From: Candidatus Magasanikbacteria bacterium GW2011_GWC2_37_14
GTDB taxonomy: Bacteria > Patescibacteriota > Patescibacteriia > Magasanikbacterales > UBA922
Direction: 5' to 3'
Length of the DNA stretch: 64,000 nucleotides
Assembly: GCA_000990355.1 (NCBI GenBank)
Contig: LBSX01000002.1
Location: forward strand, 6,000-69,999
The stretch's first letter is position 1, and the number at the start of each line of letters is the position of its first letter. This document shows positions 24,843 through 34,082 of the stretch, in pieces. A program made the translations under genes and the position numbers. The notes beneath the pieces were generated by a model. The model was not told the origin of the DNA, did no database searches, and saw only the letters and a program-made list of their open reading frames with translations.

Positions 24843-26696
24843 ATGAGGAAATATTTACTAATGTTTATTTTATTATTTATTACTGGTTGTACCGGTGTTT
24901 CTTTAGTTAACGAACAAAACACAACAACAAATAATAAAATAAATTATCAATACAGCAAACCTTGGGATAAAGAATTGTTTGATAATTTTTATAAAAATAA
25001 ATTATCACCAACCTCAACTTTACCAAGTATTAAAGGTGGAATTATTCCTCATCATTTATTGGCAGGTAACTATATTGCCAGTTTTTTGGCTACCTTGGAA
25101 AAACAAAAACCCAGTGTCGTAGTTCTAATTGGTCCTAATCATTTTAGCGAAGGTCGGGGACAAGTAATTTCTTCAGTTTGGGATTGGCAAACTCCTTATG
25201 GTGTTTTGAAAACAAATGAAGAATTATTGAATAAATTGCACGACGAAAAATTTATAACTTTTGAAAATAATGTTTTTAAAACCGAACATAGTATTAATGG
25301 ACCAATAGCATTAATTAAAAAAATTCTACCCAAGACAACTATTATACCGCTTATTTTAAAAAATAATTTAAGCAACAAAGAATTGGATAATTTATCAATC
25401 AAATTAAAAGAAATTTTACCGGCTGACGCAGTAATTATTTCTTCCATAGATTTTTCACATTATCAAACATTAAACGCGGCTAATCTCCATGATGAATTTA
25501 GCGAAAGTGTAATCGCTAGTTTTGATTATACACGATTAAAAACTTTGGAAATTGATTCTGTACCTTCGTTATATGTGCTTTTAAAATTAATGGATAGTTA
25601 TGGTACTAAGAAAATTGTTCAGGCTTGGCACAGTAATAGTGCCGAAATTACTGGTCAACCAGATTTAGCACAATCTACTAGTTATTATTTACCACTATTT
25701 GGTAAAGGAGAAGCGAATACAGAAAAAGTTGCTAGTTTGTTATTTTTTGGCGACATGATGTTGGATAGGAACGTGGCCAAAAGAATAAGTGAAAATGGAG
25801 CAGATTATATTTTTACAAAATTAGCTGGTGAAGAAAATCGCTTTTTAAAAGGCGTGGATATTATTCATGCAAATTTGGAGGGGCCATTTGCCAATTATCG
25901 TCGACCCACGACCAAAGAAATTGCTTTTCAATTTAATCCGGAATTAATAAGTACTTTGAAAAAATATAATTTTAATTTGTTTTCAGTTGCCAATAATCAT
26001 ACTTTGGATATGGGTAGTGCCGGTTTGGCAGAATCAAAAGAAAATTTAACTAATGCTGGTTTGGAATTTTATGGTGATGGCTATGATATTGGACAGGATG
26101 CAACTCTTTTTAAAGAAATTGGAGGAGTTAAAATTGGTTTTGTGGGTTTCAATGACACCTATTTCCCACTGAGCGAAGAAAAAATTATTAATAAAATTAA
26201 ATTAGCCAAAGCCCAAAGTGACCTGGTAGTGGTAAATATTCACTGGGGATCAGAATATAAAGTTTTAAAATCCAATCAACGCCAACAATCTTTGGCGCAT
26301 TTAATGATTGATAACGGGGCTGATATAATTATTGGTCATCACCCACATGTAGTACAAGAGATGGAGATTTATAAAGATAAACCCATATTTTATTCTTTGG
26401 GAAATTTTGTTTTTGATCAGTATTTTTCCCAAGAAACCCAAGAAGAAATGGGTGTCGGTTTAGTCTGTCATTGCGAGGACGAAGGACAAAGCAATCCCAA
26501 TGATGTAAAAATAAGTCAGTGTCAGAAAAAATCTTTATCAATTTATGTCTTTCCTTTACAAAGTGTTAACAGCCAAATCAGTCAAATGCCACCTGAAAAT
26601 GGCAAAATTTGGTTTAAAAATTTTGTTGACAGTAGTCGTTTGAACGGCTATAATTTTGATACTAATAAACATTTAAATTTAATTTATGAAAAATAA
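24843..26696 (+). CDS. lipoprotein fusion: Memo/AmmeMemoRadiSam-B-like domain plus CapA-family (PGA_cap) metallophosphatase domain
   Basis: Lipobox FITGC. GGIIPHHLLAG...LIGPNH...TPYG (Memo-like). GDMMLDR, ANLEGPF, ANNHTLDMG, NIHWGSEY, GHHPHVVQ (CapA). Confidence 0.75.
   Translation: MRKYLLMFILLFITGCTGVSLVNEQNTTTNNKINYQYSKPWDKELFDNFYKNKLSPTSTLPSIKGGIIPHHLLAGNYIASFLATLEKQKPSVVVLIGPNHFSEGRGQVISSVWDWQTPYGVLKTNEELLNKLHDEKFITFENNVFKTEHSINGPIALIKKILPKTTIIPLILKNNLSNKELDNLSIKLKEILPADAVIISSIDFSHYQTLNAANLHDEFSESVIASFDYTRLKTLEIDSVPSLYVLLKLMDSYGTKKIVQAWHSNSAEITGQPDLAQSTSYYLPLFGKGEANTEKVASLLFFGDMMLDRNVAKRISENGADYIFTKLAGEENRFLKGVDIIHANLEGPFANYRRPTTKEIAFQFNPELISTLKKYNFNLFSVANNHTLDMGSAGLAESKENLTNAGLEFYGDGYDIGQDATLFKEIGGVKIGFVGFNDTYFPLSEEKIINKIKLAKAQSDLVVVNIHWGSEYKVLKSNQRQQSLAHLMIDNGADIIIGHHPHVVQEMEIYKDKPIFYSLGNFVFDQYFSQETQEEMGVGLVCHCEDEGQSNPNDVKISQCQKKSLSIYVFPLQSVNSQISQMPPENGKIWFKNFVDSSRLNGYNFDTNKHLNLIYEK
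26467..26504. repeat. truncated GTCATTGCGAGGA... element inside the CapA domain
   Basis: The first 13 nt are identical to the tatD element (29118-29130). Retains CGAAG, GCAATCCC and a degenerate AATGAT end. Confidence 0.6.
26626..26654 (+). promoter_or_regulatory. perfect consensus promoter TTGACA-N17-TATAAT inside the end of the capA-fusion gene
   Basis: TTGACA 26626-26631, TATAAT 26649-26654, 32 nt before the ATG at 26686. Confidence 0.6.
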
Positions 26697-28638
26697 AATT
26701 CTCTTGGTGGCATCTCTGCTTAGTGTTGCTTTAGTGTTTTCTGGTTGCCAATTTACTGACAATTTTAAAACTTTTTTTGCCAAAAAAGAAGCACCTGTGG
26801 TGGTAATACCTAACGATCCAAACACTAACTCTATCAATGAAGTAGCTGGTGAAAGTACTGAAATGGAAGTAGTAGAAGCTGTTTGGAGTGGTAAAGCAGA
26901 AAAAGTTTCTCTTGAAGAAACTAATACCTTATTAAATAAATTATATCCCAACTATCAAAAAACTGTTGAGTGGGTTAATAACTACAAAAAACTTTGTAGT
27001 AAAAATTTAAAAAATGAAATTTGTTCGCAAGCAGTTTCTCCAGATTCAATGACTAACCCAGAAATAGTTTTGTATAAAGTTGGTAAAACGAAAGTTGGTA
27101 ATTTTGATATTTATTACCTAACAGTACCAATTTTACCAATCATGGAAATGGGAACTCCCCAACAAAGTTGGCTGGCATATTTTGACAGTGTAAATAACAA
27201 AATGGTTGGTTTGCAGGCAAATAAAGAAATGGCCTTCAGTTACCCAACTTATGGAATTGATACTTTACCAAATTACGTAACAGGACCAAACAATTTCAAT
27301 TTAGGTCCAGAATATAAAAATGTGGAAATTTTTTCAGAAAATAAATTTTTAAGTTTACAAACAGAATTTTTAACTTTAGACGAGACTACCATCGAATTAC
27401 CTGGGGGCAATGTAAAGTTGACTCCCCTTGGTTTTTATAAGACAGGCTGGTCTAGTTGGTCAAATATTGAAATGCTGGGTGATTTTGGTTTAGATGATCC
27501 TTTGATTGGAAAAACTTACGAAGATAAAATAAATTCTTCAACTGATTTTATGGATGGTAAAATTTTACCAGGATTAAAATATCAAAATGGTTGTTTTTAT
27601 CGAGTTTTGACAAATGGTTCATTATTTTTTTATAAAGTCCAACCTTATTTCTTTAAACAAACATTGGAATCAATGGCATTGCAAACATACCCAGAAAGTT
27701 TTGTGGCAACAATTGAATGGAAAAATAAAAGTAATGAAAAAGATTTTTACTTTGCTTATGGCGAGTTAGGTGGTTGTGGATCTATTGTTTTTAACTGTAA
27801 AGAAATAGTAAATAATAAACCGTGGTTTAGTGAAAATGACTTGGTAGAAATTGGTAAAACTGCGAGCGCAGAAAAAGTTTATGAATTAAAAAACAAAAAG
27901 GATAATGAGTTCTACAAAGAATTTTTTCAAAATTACGGATCTGTAGTTTATGATAATTATGGAGAGTCTGAAAAAATACCCGAGGCAACTCGTTATGCTA
28001 ACTTTCTAAGTGATCAGCCAGTATTTTTTTGGAAAGATAACTGGGGAAATTGGCGTGTTTATCAAAAAATTAAATATAGGCCAATGGCAGAATGTGGTAA
28101 GCCAGTAATTTATTTATATCCAGAAGAAACTACTGATGTAAGCGTAAAAGTAGCACCAACTGGTGGATTAACGATTACCGAACCAATGTATAATAATGGT
28201 TGGTTGGTAAAAGCCACACCAAATAGTGAATTGTTTAATTATGCTAACCAAACTAATTATCCTTATTTATTTTGGGAAGGTAAAGCTAATGATTTTGTAA
28301 CTCCAGATTATGGCTATGTAATTAAACGTGAACAAGTTGCAATGAAAATGAAGGAAATCCTTGGTAAATTGGGTTTGAACACTAAAGAAACTGCTGATTT
28401 TCTAGAATTTTGGCAACCAAAGTTGGAAGTAAAACCATATGTGTTTGTAACCTTTGTACCACAAAGAGAGTTTGATAAAATGGCACCTCTAACAATTTCA
28501 CCAAAACCGGATAAAGTTATTCGTGTGTTTATGGATTATGAACCATTAGAAAAATTTATTAATGTTCCTGAGCCACAATTTAGCACTCCAATACGCACTG
28601 GGTTTACGGTTGTGGAATGGGGTGGTAGGTTGCACTAA
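26686..28638 (+). CDS. large lipoprotein of unknown function
   Basis: Lipobox LVFSGC, 650 aa, no recognised catalytic motif. Confidence 0.5.
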   Translation: MKNKILLVASLLSVALVFSGCQFTDNFKTFFAKKEAPVVVIPNDPNTNSINEVAGESTEMEVVEAVWSGKAEKVSLEETNTLLNKLYPNYQKTVEWVNNYKKLCSKNLKNEICSQAVSPDSMTNPEIVLYKVGKTKVGNFDIYYLTVPILPIMEMGTPQQSWLAYFDSVNNKMVGLQANKEMAFSYPTYGIDTLPNYVTGPNNFNLGPEYKNVEIFSENKFLSLQTEFLTLDETTIELPGGNVKLTPLGFYKTGWSSWSNIEMLGDFGLDDPLIGKTYEDKINSSTDFMDGKILPGLKYQNGCFYRVLTNGSLFFYKVQPYFFKQTLESMALQTYPESFVATIEWKNKSNEKDFYFAYGELGGCGSIVFNCKEIVNNKPWFSENDLVEIGKTASAEKVYELKNKKDNEFYKEFFQNYGSVVYDNYGESEKIPEATRYANFLSDQPVFFWKDNWGNWRVYQKIKYRPMAECGKPVIYLYPEETTDVSVKVAPTGGLTITEPMYNNGWLVKATPNSELFNYANQTNYPYLFWEGKANDFVTPDYGYVIKREQVAMKMKEILGKLGLNTKETADFLEFWQPKLEVKPYVFVTFVPQREFDKMAPLTISPKPDKVIRVFMDYEPLEKFINVPEPQFSTPIRTGFTVVEWGGRLH

Positions 28639-28640
28639 TT

Positions 28641-29771
28641 ATGATGATTGACACTCACTGTCATATACAATTCAATTCATATAAAGACGATTATGAAGAA
28701 GTAATAAAAAGATGCACTGAAAAGGGTATGATTTTGAATTGTGTGGGTTCACAAATTGATACTAGTAGACGAGCAGTAGAGTATGCGGAAAAGTATGAAA
28801 ATATTTATGCCACCATTGGGCTTCACCCCGTGCATTTGTTTTCCAGTGAAGTAGATGAAGAAGAAACAAAATTTAAAACGCGTGAAGAAAAGTTTGATTA
28901 TGAAGAATATAAAAAATTAGCAGAACACCCCAAAGTGATTGGCATAGGGGAGTGTGGCTTAGAATTATTTCATCTTCCAAAAGATGCTAACAAAGATGAA
29001 ATTTTGGCAAAACAAAAAGAAGGATTTTTGTTACAATACAAATTGGCACAAGAATTAGCCTTGCCAATGGTAATTCATGTACGTGATGCTTATGATGAAA
29101 TGGTAGAGTTTCTAACTGTCATTGCGAGGAGGTCAACAGCCGACGAAGCAATCCCCAGTCAGAATGGGATTGCCACACCTCGTTCGGGCGAGGTTCGCAA
29201 TGACATTTGTGGAGTAGTGCATTGTTACTCTGGTAATTGGGCTCAGGCCTCTAAATTCATTGATTTAGGCCTGTACCTAGGCTTTACTGGGATTCTAACC
29301 TATCCAACAAGAAAAACCAACCCAAAGCCTACAGAAGACCTTGTAGAGGTAGTTAAAAATTGTCCTATAGAGCGAATTTTAATCGAAACAGACGCTCCTT
29401 ATCTAGCACCGCAGAAATATCGTGGACAGCGTTGCGAGCCATGGATGGTAGAAGAAGTTGCTGTAAAAATAGCAGAAATAAAGGGAATAAGTGTAGAAGA
29501 AGTTCGAGAACAAACAGTAAAAAATGCTTTGAAATTGTTTAAAAAATTAGATATTTGGCATTTTCATACTTGTCCCCAAGCAAATCTAAAAATCCCCTTG
29601 ACCAAAGAGGGGTTTTTTAGTAAAATATGTGCGTTCTTCAATAAACAATATTCAAGAAGTATATGGCTCTTTTACCTACTGATTCCAAGGATCGTCAATA
29701 TATGTTACTTGGTTTGCGCATTGCTGGTGATTTTGGTGCTACAATTGCTGTTCCAATTGTTCTTTTTGTAA
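28641..29771 (+). CDS. tatD: TatD-family metal-dependent hydrolase (homology ends near 29550; about 75-codon unsupported C-terminal extension)
   Basis: IDTHCH, GLHP, GECGLE, VIHVRDA, HCYSG and ETDAPYL motifs. There is no in-frame stop until 29771, so the ORF overlaps atpZ. Confidence 0.8.
   Translation: MMIDTHCHIQFNSYKDDYEEVIKRCTEKGMILNCVGSQIDTSRRAVEYAEKYENIYATIGLHPVHLFSSEVDEEETKFKTREEKFDYEEYKKLAEHPKVIGIGECGLELFHLPKDANKDEILAKQKEGFLLQYKLAQELALPMVIHVRDAYDEMVEFLTVIARRSTADEAIPSQNGIATPRSGEVRNDICGVVHCYSGNWAQASKFIDLGLYLGFTGILTYPTRKTNPKPTEDLVEVVKNCPIERILIETDAPYLAPQKYRGQRCEPWMVEEVAVKIAEIKGISVEEVREQTVKNALKLFKKLDIWHFHTCPQANLKIPLTKEGFFSKICAFFNKQYSRSIWLFYLLIPRIVNICYLVCALLVILVLQLLFQLFFL
29118..29204. repeat. 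87-nt GC-rich element with 10-bp terminal inverted repeats GTCATTGCGA/TCGCAATGAC inside tatD
   Basis: Internal hairpins GCAATCCC/GGGATTGC and CCTCG/CGAGG. Encodes VIARRSTADEAIPSQNGIATPRSGEVRND. Confidence 0.85.
29594..29618 (+). terminator. hairpin plus T6 (terminator-like) overlapping the atp promoter
   Basis: CCCCT / AGGGG stem followed by TTTTTT. Confidence 0.5.
29598..29626 (+). promoter_or_regulatory. candidate atp operon promoter TTGACC-N17-TAAAAT
   Basis: TTGACC 29598-29603, TAAAAT 29621-29626, 37 nt before the atpZ ATG. Confidence 0.5.
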
Positions 29772-29920
29772 TAATTGGCCAGTGGTTAGAAGGTAAATAC
29801 GGTTATGCGCCTTGGTTTACAATTAGTGCTTTCCTTTTAGCAGCTGTTTTGTCTGGAATTAGTATTTATAAAAAAGCAAAAAAATACGGCGAAGAATATA
29901 AAAATTTTGATAAAAAGTAA
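29663..29920 (+). CDS. AtpZ/AtpI-family small membrane protein
   Basis: Two-TM protein with LGLRIAGDFGATIAVPIVLF...PWFTISAFLLAAVLSGISIY, immediately 5' of atpB. Confidence 0.7.
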   Translation: MALLPTDSKDRQYMLLGLRIAGDFGATIAVPIVLFVIIGQWLEGKYGYAPWFTISAFLLAAVLSGISIYKKAKKYGEEYKNFDKK

Positions 29921-29923
29921 TTT

Positions 29924-30712
29924 ATGTCCGGAACGATTCACATACCAACATTAGCCCCAGACGTACTATTTCAAATTGGTAATTTTAACATTACCAATAC
30001 TATGATTAATGTTTGGTTGGCAATGCTAATTTTTTTGGTCTTGGGAATTTTAATTAAAAGAAAAGTTAGTTTGCGCCCGGGAAAATTACAAAATATTTGC
30101 GAATTTTTTTTAGAAAGTGTTTTAAGTTATTTTGATCAAGTAACAGGAGATAGAAAAAAGACAATACGTTTTCTGCCAGTTGTCGGTTCTATCTTCTTTT
30201 TTATTTTGTTGTCTAATTGGTTAGGACTTTTGCCTGGTACTGGTAGTATTACTTGGGGTCATAAAATGTTGCTTCGCCCTGCTAATACTGATTTAAATTT
30301 AACAGTAGCTATGGCGTTAGTATCGGTTATTGCTTCGCATGTCTATGCCTTTATTGCGCTTGGTGTTTTTACACATTTGGGAAAGTTTATTCAAATAAAA
30401 AATTTGTTCAAGAGTATAAAAAAAGGACCGATTGCTATTTTTACGGCGATTATTGAATTTGCAGTTGGACTTATAGAAATTATTTCCGAATTGGCCAAAG
30501 TTTTGTCCTTATCATTGCGGTTGTTTGGAAATATTTTTGCAGGTGAGGTTTTGATTTCAGTTATTTCGGCATTAATTGCTGCTTTGGTGCCAACTCCGTT
30601 TATGCTTTTAGAATTATTGGTTGGTTTGATTCAAGCAGCTGTGTTTGCTATGTTAACGATTGTGTACTTAACGGTTGCTACGAGCGCCCCTCATGGAGCA
30701 GAGGAACACTAA
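29924..30712 (+). CDS. atpB: F0F1 ATP synthase subunit a
   Basis: LSLRLFGNIFAGE with the essential Arg. Operon position fits. Confidence 0.95.
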   Translation: MSGTIHIPTLAPDVLFQIGNFNITNTMINVWLAMLIFLVLGILIKRKVSLRPGKLQNICEFFLESVLSYFDQVTGDRKKTIRFLPVVGSIFFFILLSNWLGLLPGTGSITWGHKMLLRPANTDLNLTVAMALVSVIASHVYAFIALGVFTHLGKFIQIKNLFKSIKKGPIAIFTAIIEFAVGLIEIISELAKVLSLSLRLFGNIFAGEVLISVISALIAALVPTPFMLLELLVGLIQAAVFAMLTIVYLTVATSAPHGAEEH

Positions 30713-30794
30713 AATAATTAATTAATGTTGTTTTGATTAACGAGATTAAAAAACTAATTTCCTCTCGCTTAATTAAGACATAAATAATAAAAAT

Positions 30795-31016
30795 ATGGAA
30801 CATGCCTCAATTGTGGTATTGGCCAAAGCCTTTACTATGGGTATCGGTGGTATGATGCCAGCCTTGGCTATCGGTAAATTAGTAGCCAAAGCTATGGAAT
30901 CAATCGGTCGTAACCCAGAATCAGCTGGTAAATTATTTGTGCCAATGTTACTTGGCGCTGCGTTTGCCGAAGCGATTGCTATCTACGCTCTTGTAGTAGT
31001 ATTCACTTTAAAGTAA
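30795..31016 (+). CDS. atpE: F0F1 ATP synthase subunit c
   Basis: 73-aa hairpin with a GRNPE loop and the carboxylate in FAEAIAIY. Confidence 0.95.
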   Translation: MEHASIVVLAKAFTMGIGGMMPALAIGKLVAKAMESIGRNPESAGKLFVPMLLGAAFAEAIAIYALVVVFTLK

Positions 31017-31059
31017 AATGTTTCGACCCAATGGACTGAATGGTCTGTTGGGATGGGAA

Positions 31060-31181
31060 CGTTTTAAATTTACAATTACTCAATTTACAGTTTTCAATAA
31101 ATTTACAATTACTCAATTTTCAAATTGATAAATTGTAGGATTGAAAATTTATTGTAAATTGAAAATTAAAAATTGAAAATT
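31060..31181. repeat. AT-rich long imperfect palindrome (atpE-atpF spacer)
   Basis: TTTTCAATAAATTTACAATTACTCAA... is mirrored by ...TTGATAAATTGTAGGATTGAAAA. The 22-mer at 31141-31162 is identical to 24205-24226. Confidence 0.6.
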
Positions 31182-31751
31182 ATGAATATCATTGAAATAG
31201 CTAACGCCTCTACTGAAGAAACTGTAGTAGAGCATACAACAACACCAAATAACGAGAGTGTCGCTGCATCTCTAGGCTTAAATGGCCAGTTATTTGTTTT
31301 CCAATTAATTAATTTTGCGATAGTCGCAGGAATTGTTTGGTTTTTAATTTTAAAGCCTTTAACTTCAAAATTAGAGGAACGAAAAAATATTATTGATGAA
31401 AGTCTTGAGAAAGCAAAAGAAGTAGAAGCTAATTTAATAATGAGTAATGAAAAATTTACTGAAAAAATTAGCGAAGCCAAAGCTGAAGGTAATAAAATTA
31501 TTACCAAAGCAACTACCGATGCTGAAGAATTGGCAGTTTCTATGAAAGCCAAAGCCAAGGTTGAAATTGAAAATTTAGTAGAACAAGCAAGAGGAAAAAT
31601 TAAGGATGAAAAAGAAGAAGTAATGCAGGGTATTAAAAAAGAAACTGCTAGTTTAATTATGGCTGTGGTAGAGAAAGTTTTAAATGAAAAATTAACCGAT
31701 AAAAAAGATCAGCAATTGATTGAAGAATCATTAAAAAATTTGCATAAATAA
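31182..31751 (+). CDS. atpF: F0F1 ATP synthase subunit b
   Basis: Single N-terminal TM followed by a long charged coiled coil. First ATG at 31182; the track start is TTG. Confidence 0.85.
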   Translation: MNIIEIANASTEETVVEHTTTPNNESVAASLGLNGQLFVFQLINFAIVAGIVWFLILKPLTSKLEERKNIIDESLEKAKEVEANLIMSNEKFTEKISEAKAEGNKIITKATTDAEELAVSMKAKAKVEIENLVEQARGKIKDEKEEVMQGIKKETASLIMAVVEKVLNEKLTDKKDQQLIEESLKNLHK

Positions 31752-31755
31752 TTTG

Positions 31756-31777
31756 TCCCCACAAGGGAGGGAAACAG
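31756..31777. repeat. degenerate copy of the CCTCCCCT-aca-AGGGGAGG module
   Basis: TCCCCACAAGGGAGGGAAACAG compared with 37930-37953 CTCCCCTACAAGGGGAGGGGAACG. Confidence 0.5.
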
Positions 31778-31782
31778 AATGT

Positions 31783-32172
31783 ATGAAAAAGAAATTAAGT
31801 ACAAAACAATTCGCCGTAGCCCTTTACGAAATTACCGAGGGATTAAAAAGTGAAAAATTGGATGAGGCCTTGCGTCAATTTGTTTTGTTGCTAATAAAAT
31901 ATCACAAATTAAAACAAGGTGCACGAATCATTGTTGAATTTGAAAAATATGCTAAAAAGAAAGCTGGTATTGTAGAAATAGAAATTACCTCAGCCCGAAA
32001 ATTATCTGGTACTACTCTAAATCATATTAAAAAAATATTTGGCGAGCATATTGAATCAGTGGAAAATATTGACGAAGCGCTTTTGGGTGGAATGAAAGTT
32101 AAAACCGAAGATAAAATTTTGGATGCAAGTTTAAAAACACAGTTAAATAATTTTAAAAATAGTTTGATTTAA
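31783..32172 (+). CDS. atpH: F0F1 ATP synthase subunit delta (short form)
   Basis: C-terminal IDEALLGGMKVKTEDKILDASLKTQL matches the OSCP/delta signature. ATG at 31783. Confidence 0.8.
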   Translation: MKKKLSTKQFAVALYEITEGLKSEKLDEALRQFVLLLIKYHKLKQGARIIVEFEKYAKKKAGIVEIEITSARKLSGTTLNHIKKIFGEHIESVENIDEALLGGMKVKTEDKILDASLKTQLNNFKNSLI

Positions 32173-32176
32173 TAAT

Positions 32177-32560
32177 ATGGCGGGAAAACCAAAACAAACA
32201 GATTACTCAGAAAGAATGAAATGGGCATTAAATTTTTCGCAACAGCTGTATGATTTAGAGTCTGGTACTAAAATTGCAGTTGATACTGGATATATTACTT
32301 TTGATGAATTAGTAATTACGACCTTCATTAATGATTTATGTAATGAACATGATCCCTATCCTGTGGCATCTGAACAGAAAAAAATATTTGGATTAGTTGC
32401 TCAATTATATTCTAAAACAGAAGATAAAATTTTGGAAATTTGGGAGAGAAGAAACTTGATTCCTAGAGCCGCTGAAACTGTTGAACAATTTAAACAGATG
32501 TTGGAAAAGAACCGTGAATTTATGGAAGGAAGAAAACAGGGTAGAGTAATTTTTAAATAA
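32177..32560 (+). CDS. hypothetical soluble protein encoded between atpH and atpA
   Basis: 127-aa ORF tightly packed in the operon (4-nt gap upstream). No recognisable motif. Confidence 0.5.
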   Translation: MAGKPKQTDYSERMKWALNFSQQLYDLESGTKIAVDTGYITFDELVITTFINDLCNEHDPYPVASEQKKIFGLVAQLYSKTEDKILEIWERRNLIPRAAETVEQFKQMLEKNREFMEGRKQGRVIFK

Positions 32561-32592
32561 AATTGTTATATTATTTTTATTAATCATTTGAT

Positions 32593-34080
32593 ATGTCAAC
32601 AAATACTATAGTAAACGAACTAAAAAAACACATTGCCGCTTTTGAAAAAACTGTCCAAGTAGAAGAAATTGGCACAGTAATTGAAGTCGGTGATGGCATT
32701 GCCCGCATGTCTGGCCTAACCAAGTGTCAATATCAAGAAATGTTGGAATTTACTGGTGGGGTATTTGGTGTGGCCTTAAATTTGGAAGAAGAAACTGTAG
32801 GTGCGGTTATTTTGGGTGATTACAAACAAATTAAAGAAGGTGATAGTGTAAAACGCACTGGCCGTATTTTGTCGGTACCAGTTGGTAAAAATGTGATAGG
32901 CAGAGTAGTAAATGCTTTGGGACAACCAATCGATGGAAAGGGCGATATTAAGTCAGACAAATTTTATCCAGTAGAAAAAATTGCTCCCGGCGTAATGACT
33001 CGCGAAGGTGTACACGAACCAGTACAAACTGGTATTAAAGCAATTGATGCCATGATCCCAATTGGGCGTGGACAACGCGAACTTATTATTGGTGATCGTC
33101 AAACTGGTAAAACTGCAATTGCGATTGATGCAATTATTAATCAAAAAGGCCAAGACATGAAATGTATTTATGTGGCGATTGGCCAAAAAGAATCCAAAGT
33201 TGCTAGAATCGTAGCCAAATTACAAGAAGCTGGAGCTATGGAATATACCACTGTCGTGGTAGCTGGTGCTTCGGATCCTGCTTCAATGTCTCTTTTTGCT
33301 CCTTATGCTGGAGTAGCCATGGCTGAATATTTCGCTGATCAAGGTGAAGATGTTTTGATTATTTATGATGATTTAACTAAACAAGCTTGGGCTTATCGTG
33401 AAATTTCCTTACTCCTTCGTCGTCCACCAGGACGTGAAGCTTATCCCGGTGATGTATTTTATTTACATTCTCGTTTACTTGAACGCGCTTGTAAATTAAA
33501 TGAAAAATACGGTGGCGGTTCAATTACTGCATTACCAATTATCGAAACTCAAGCAGGGGATGTAACTGCTTATATTCCTACCAATGTAATTTCAATTACT
33601 GATGGACAAATTTTCTTGGAAACCGATTTATTCTATCGTGGTATTCGTCCAGCTTTAAATGTAGGTATTTCTGTATCTCGTGTAGGTGGTTCTGCACAAA
33701 TCAAGCCAATGAAGAAAGTTGCTGGTAAATTAAAATTAGCCATGGCACAATTTCGTGAATTAGAAGCATTCTCTGCCTTATCATCCGACCTAGATGTCGA
33801 CACCAAGCGCCAGATTGACTTGGGTCAACGTATGACAGAGCTTTTAAAACAGCCACAATATTCACCAATGGCAGTAGAAGACCAAGTGGCGGTAATTTAT
33901 GCAGTATCTAACGAATTCTTTAATAAATTTTCTGTTAAAGAAATCAAAGACACAGAAAAGAAATTTTTGGAATTTTTGCATAAAAGCAAAAAAGCTTTGT
34001 TGGACAAAATTGCCAAAGGTGATTGGGAAGAAGACACAGAAAAAGAATTAAAAGAAGCTTGTTTGGAGTTCGCCAAGTAA
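32593..34080 (+). CDS. atpA: F0F1 ATP synthase subunit alpha
   Basis: GDRQTGKT Walker A, full-length conservation. Confidence 0.97.
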   Translation: MSTNTIVNELKKHIAAFEKTVQVEEIGTVIEVGDGIARMSGLTKCQYQEMLEFTGGVFGVALNLEEETVGAVILGDYKQIKEGDSVKRTGRILSVPVGKNVIGRVVNALGQPIDGKGDIKSDKFYPVEKIAPGVMTREGVHEPVQTGIKAIDAMIPIGRGQRELIIGDRQTGKTAIAIDAIINQKGQDMKCIYVAIGQKESKVARIVAKLQEAGAMEYTTVVVAGASDPASMSLFAPYAGVAMAEYFADQGEDVLIIYDDLTKQAWAYREISLLLRRPPGREAYPGDVFYLHSRLLERACKLNEKYGGGSITALPIIETQAGDVTAYIPTNVISITDGQIFLETDLFYRGIRPALNVGISVSRVGGSAQIKPMKKVAGKLKLAMAQFRELEAFSALSSDLDVDTKRQIDLGQRMTELLKQPQYSPMAVEDQVAVIYAVSNEFFNKFSVKEIKDTEKKFLEFLHKSKKALLDKIAKGDWEEDTEKELKEACLEFAK

Positions 34081-34082
34081 TT

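Noticed and set aside
31753-31783. GGGAGGG upstream of atpH as a Shine-Dalgarno, and the TTG start at 31753
   Set aside because: The purine run is part of a degenerate copy of the CCTCCCCT/AGGGGAGG repeat module. The conserved delta-subunit sequence begins at the ATG at 31783.
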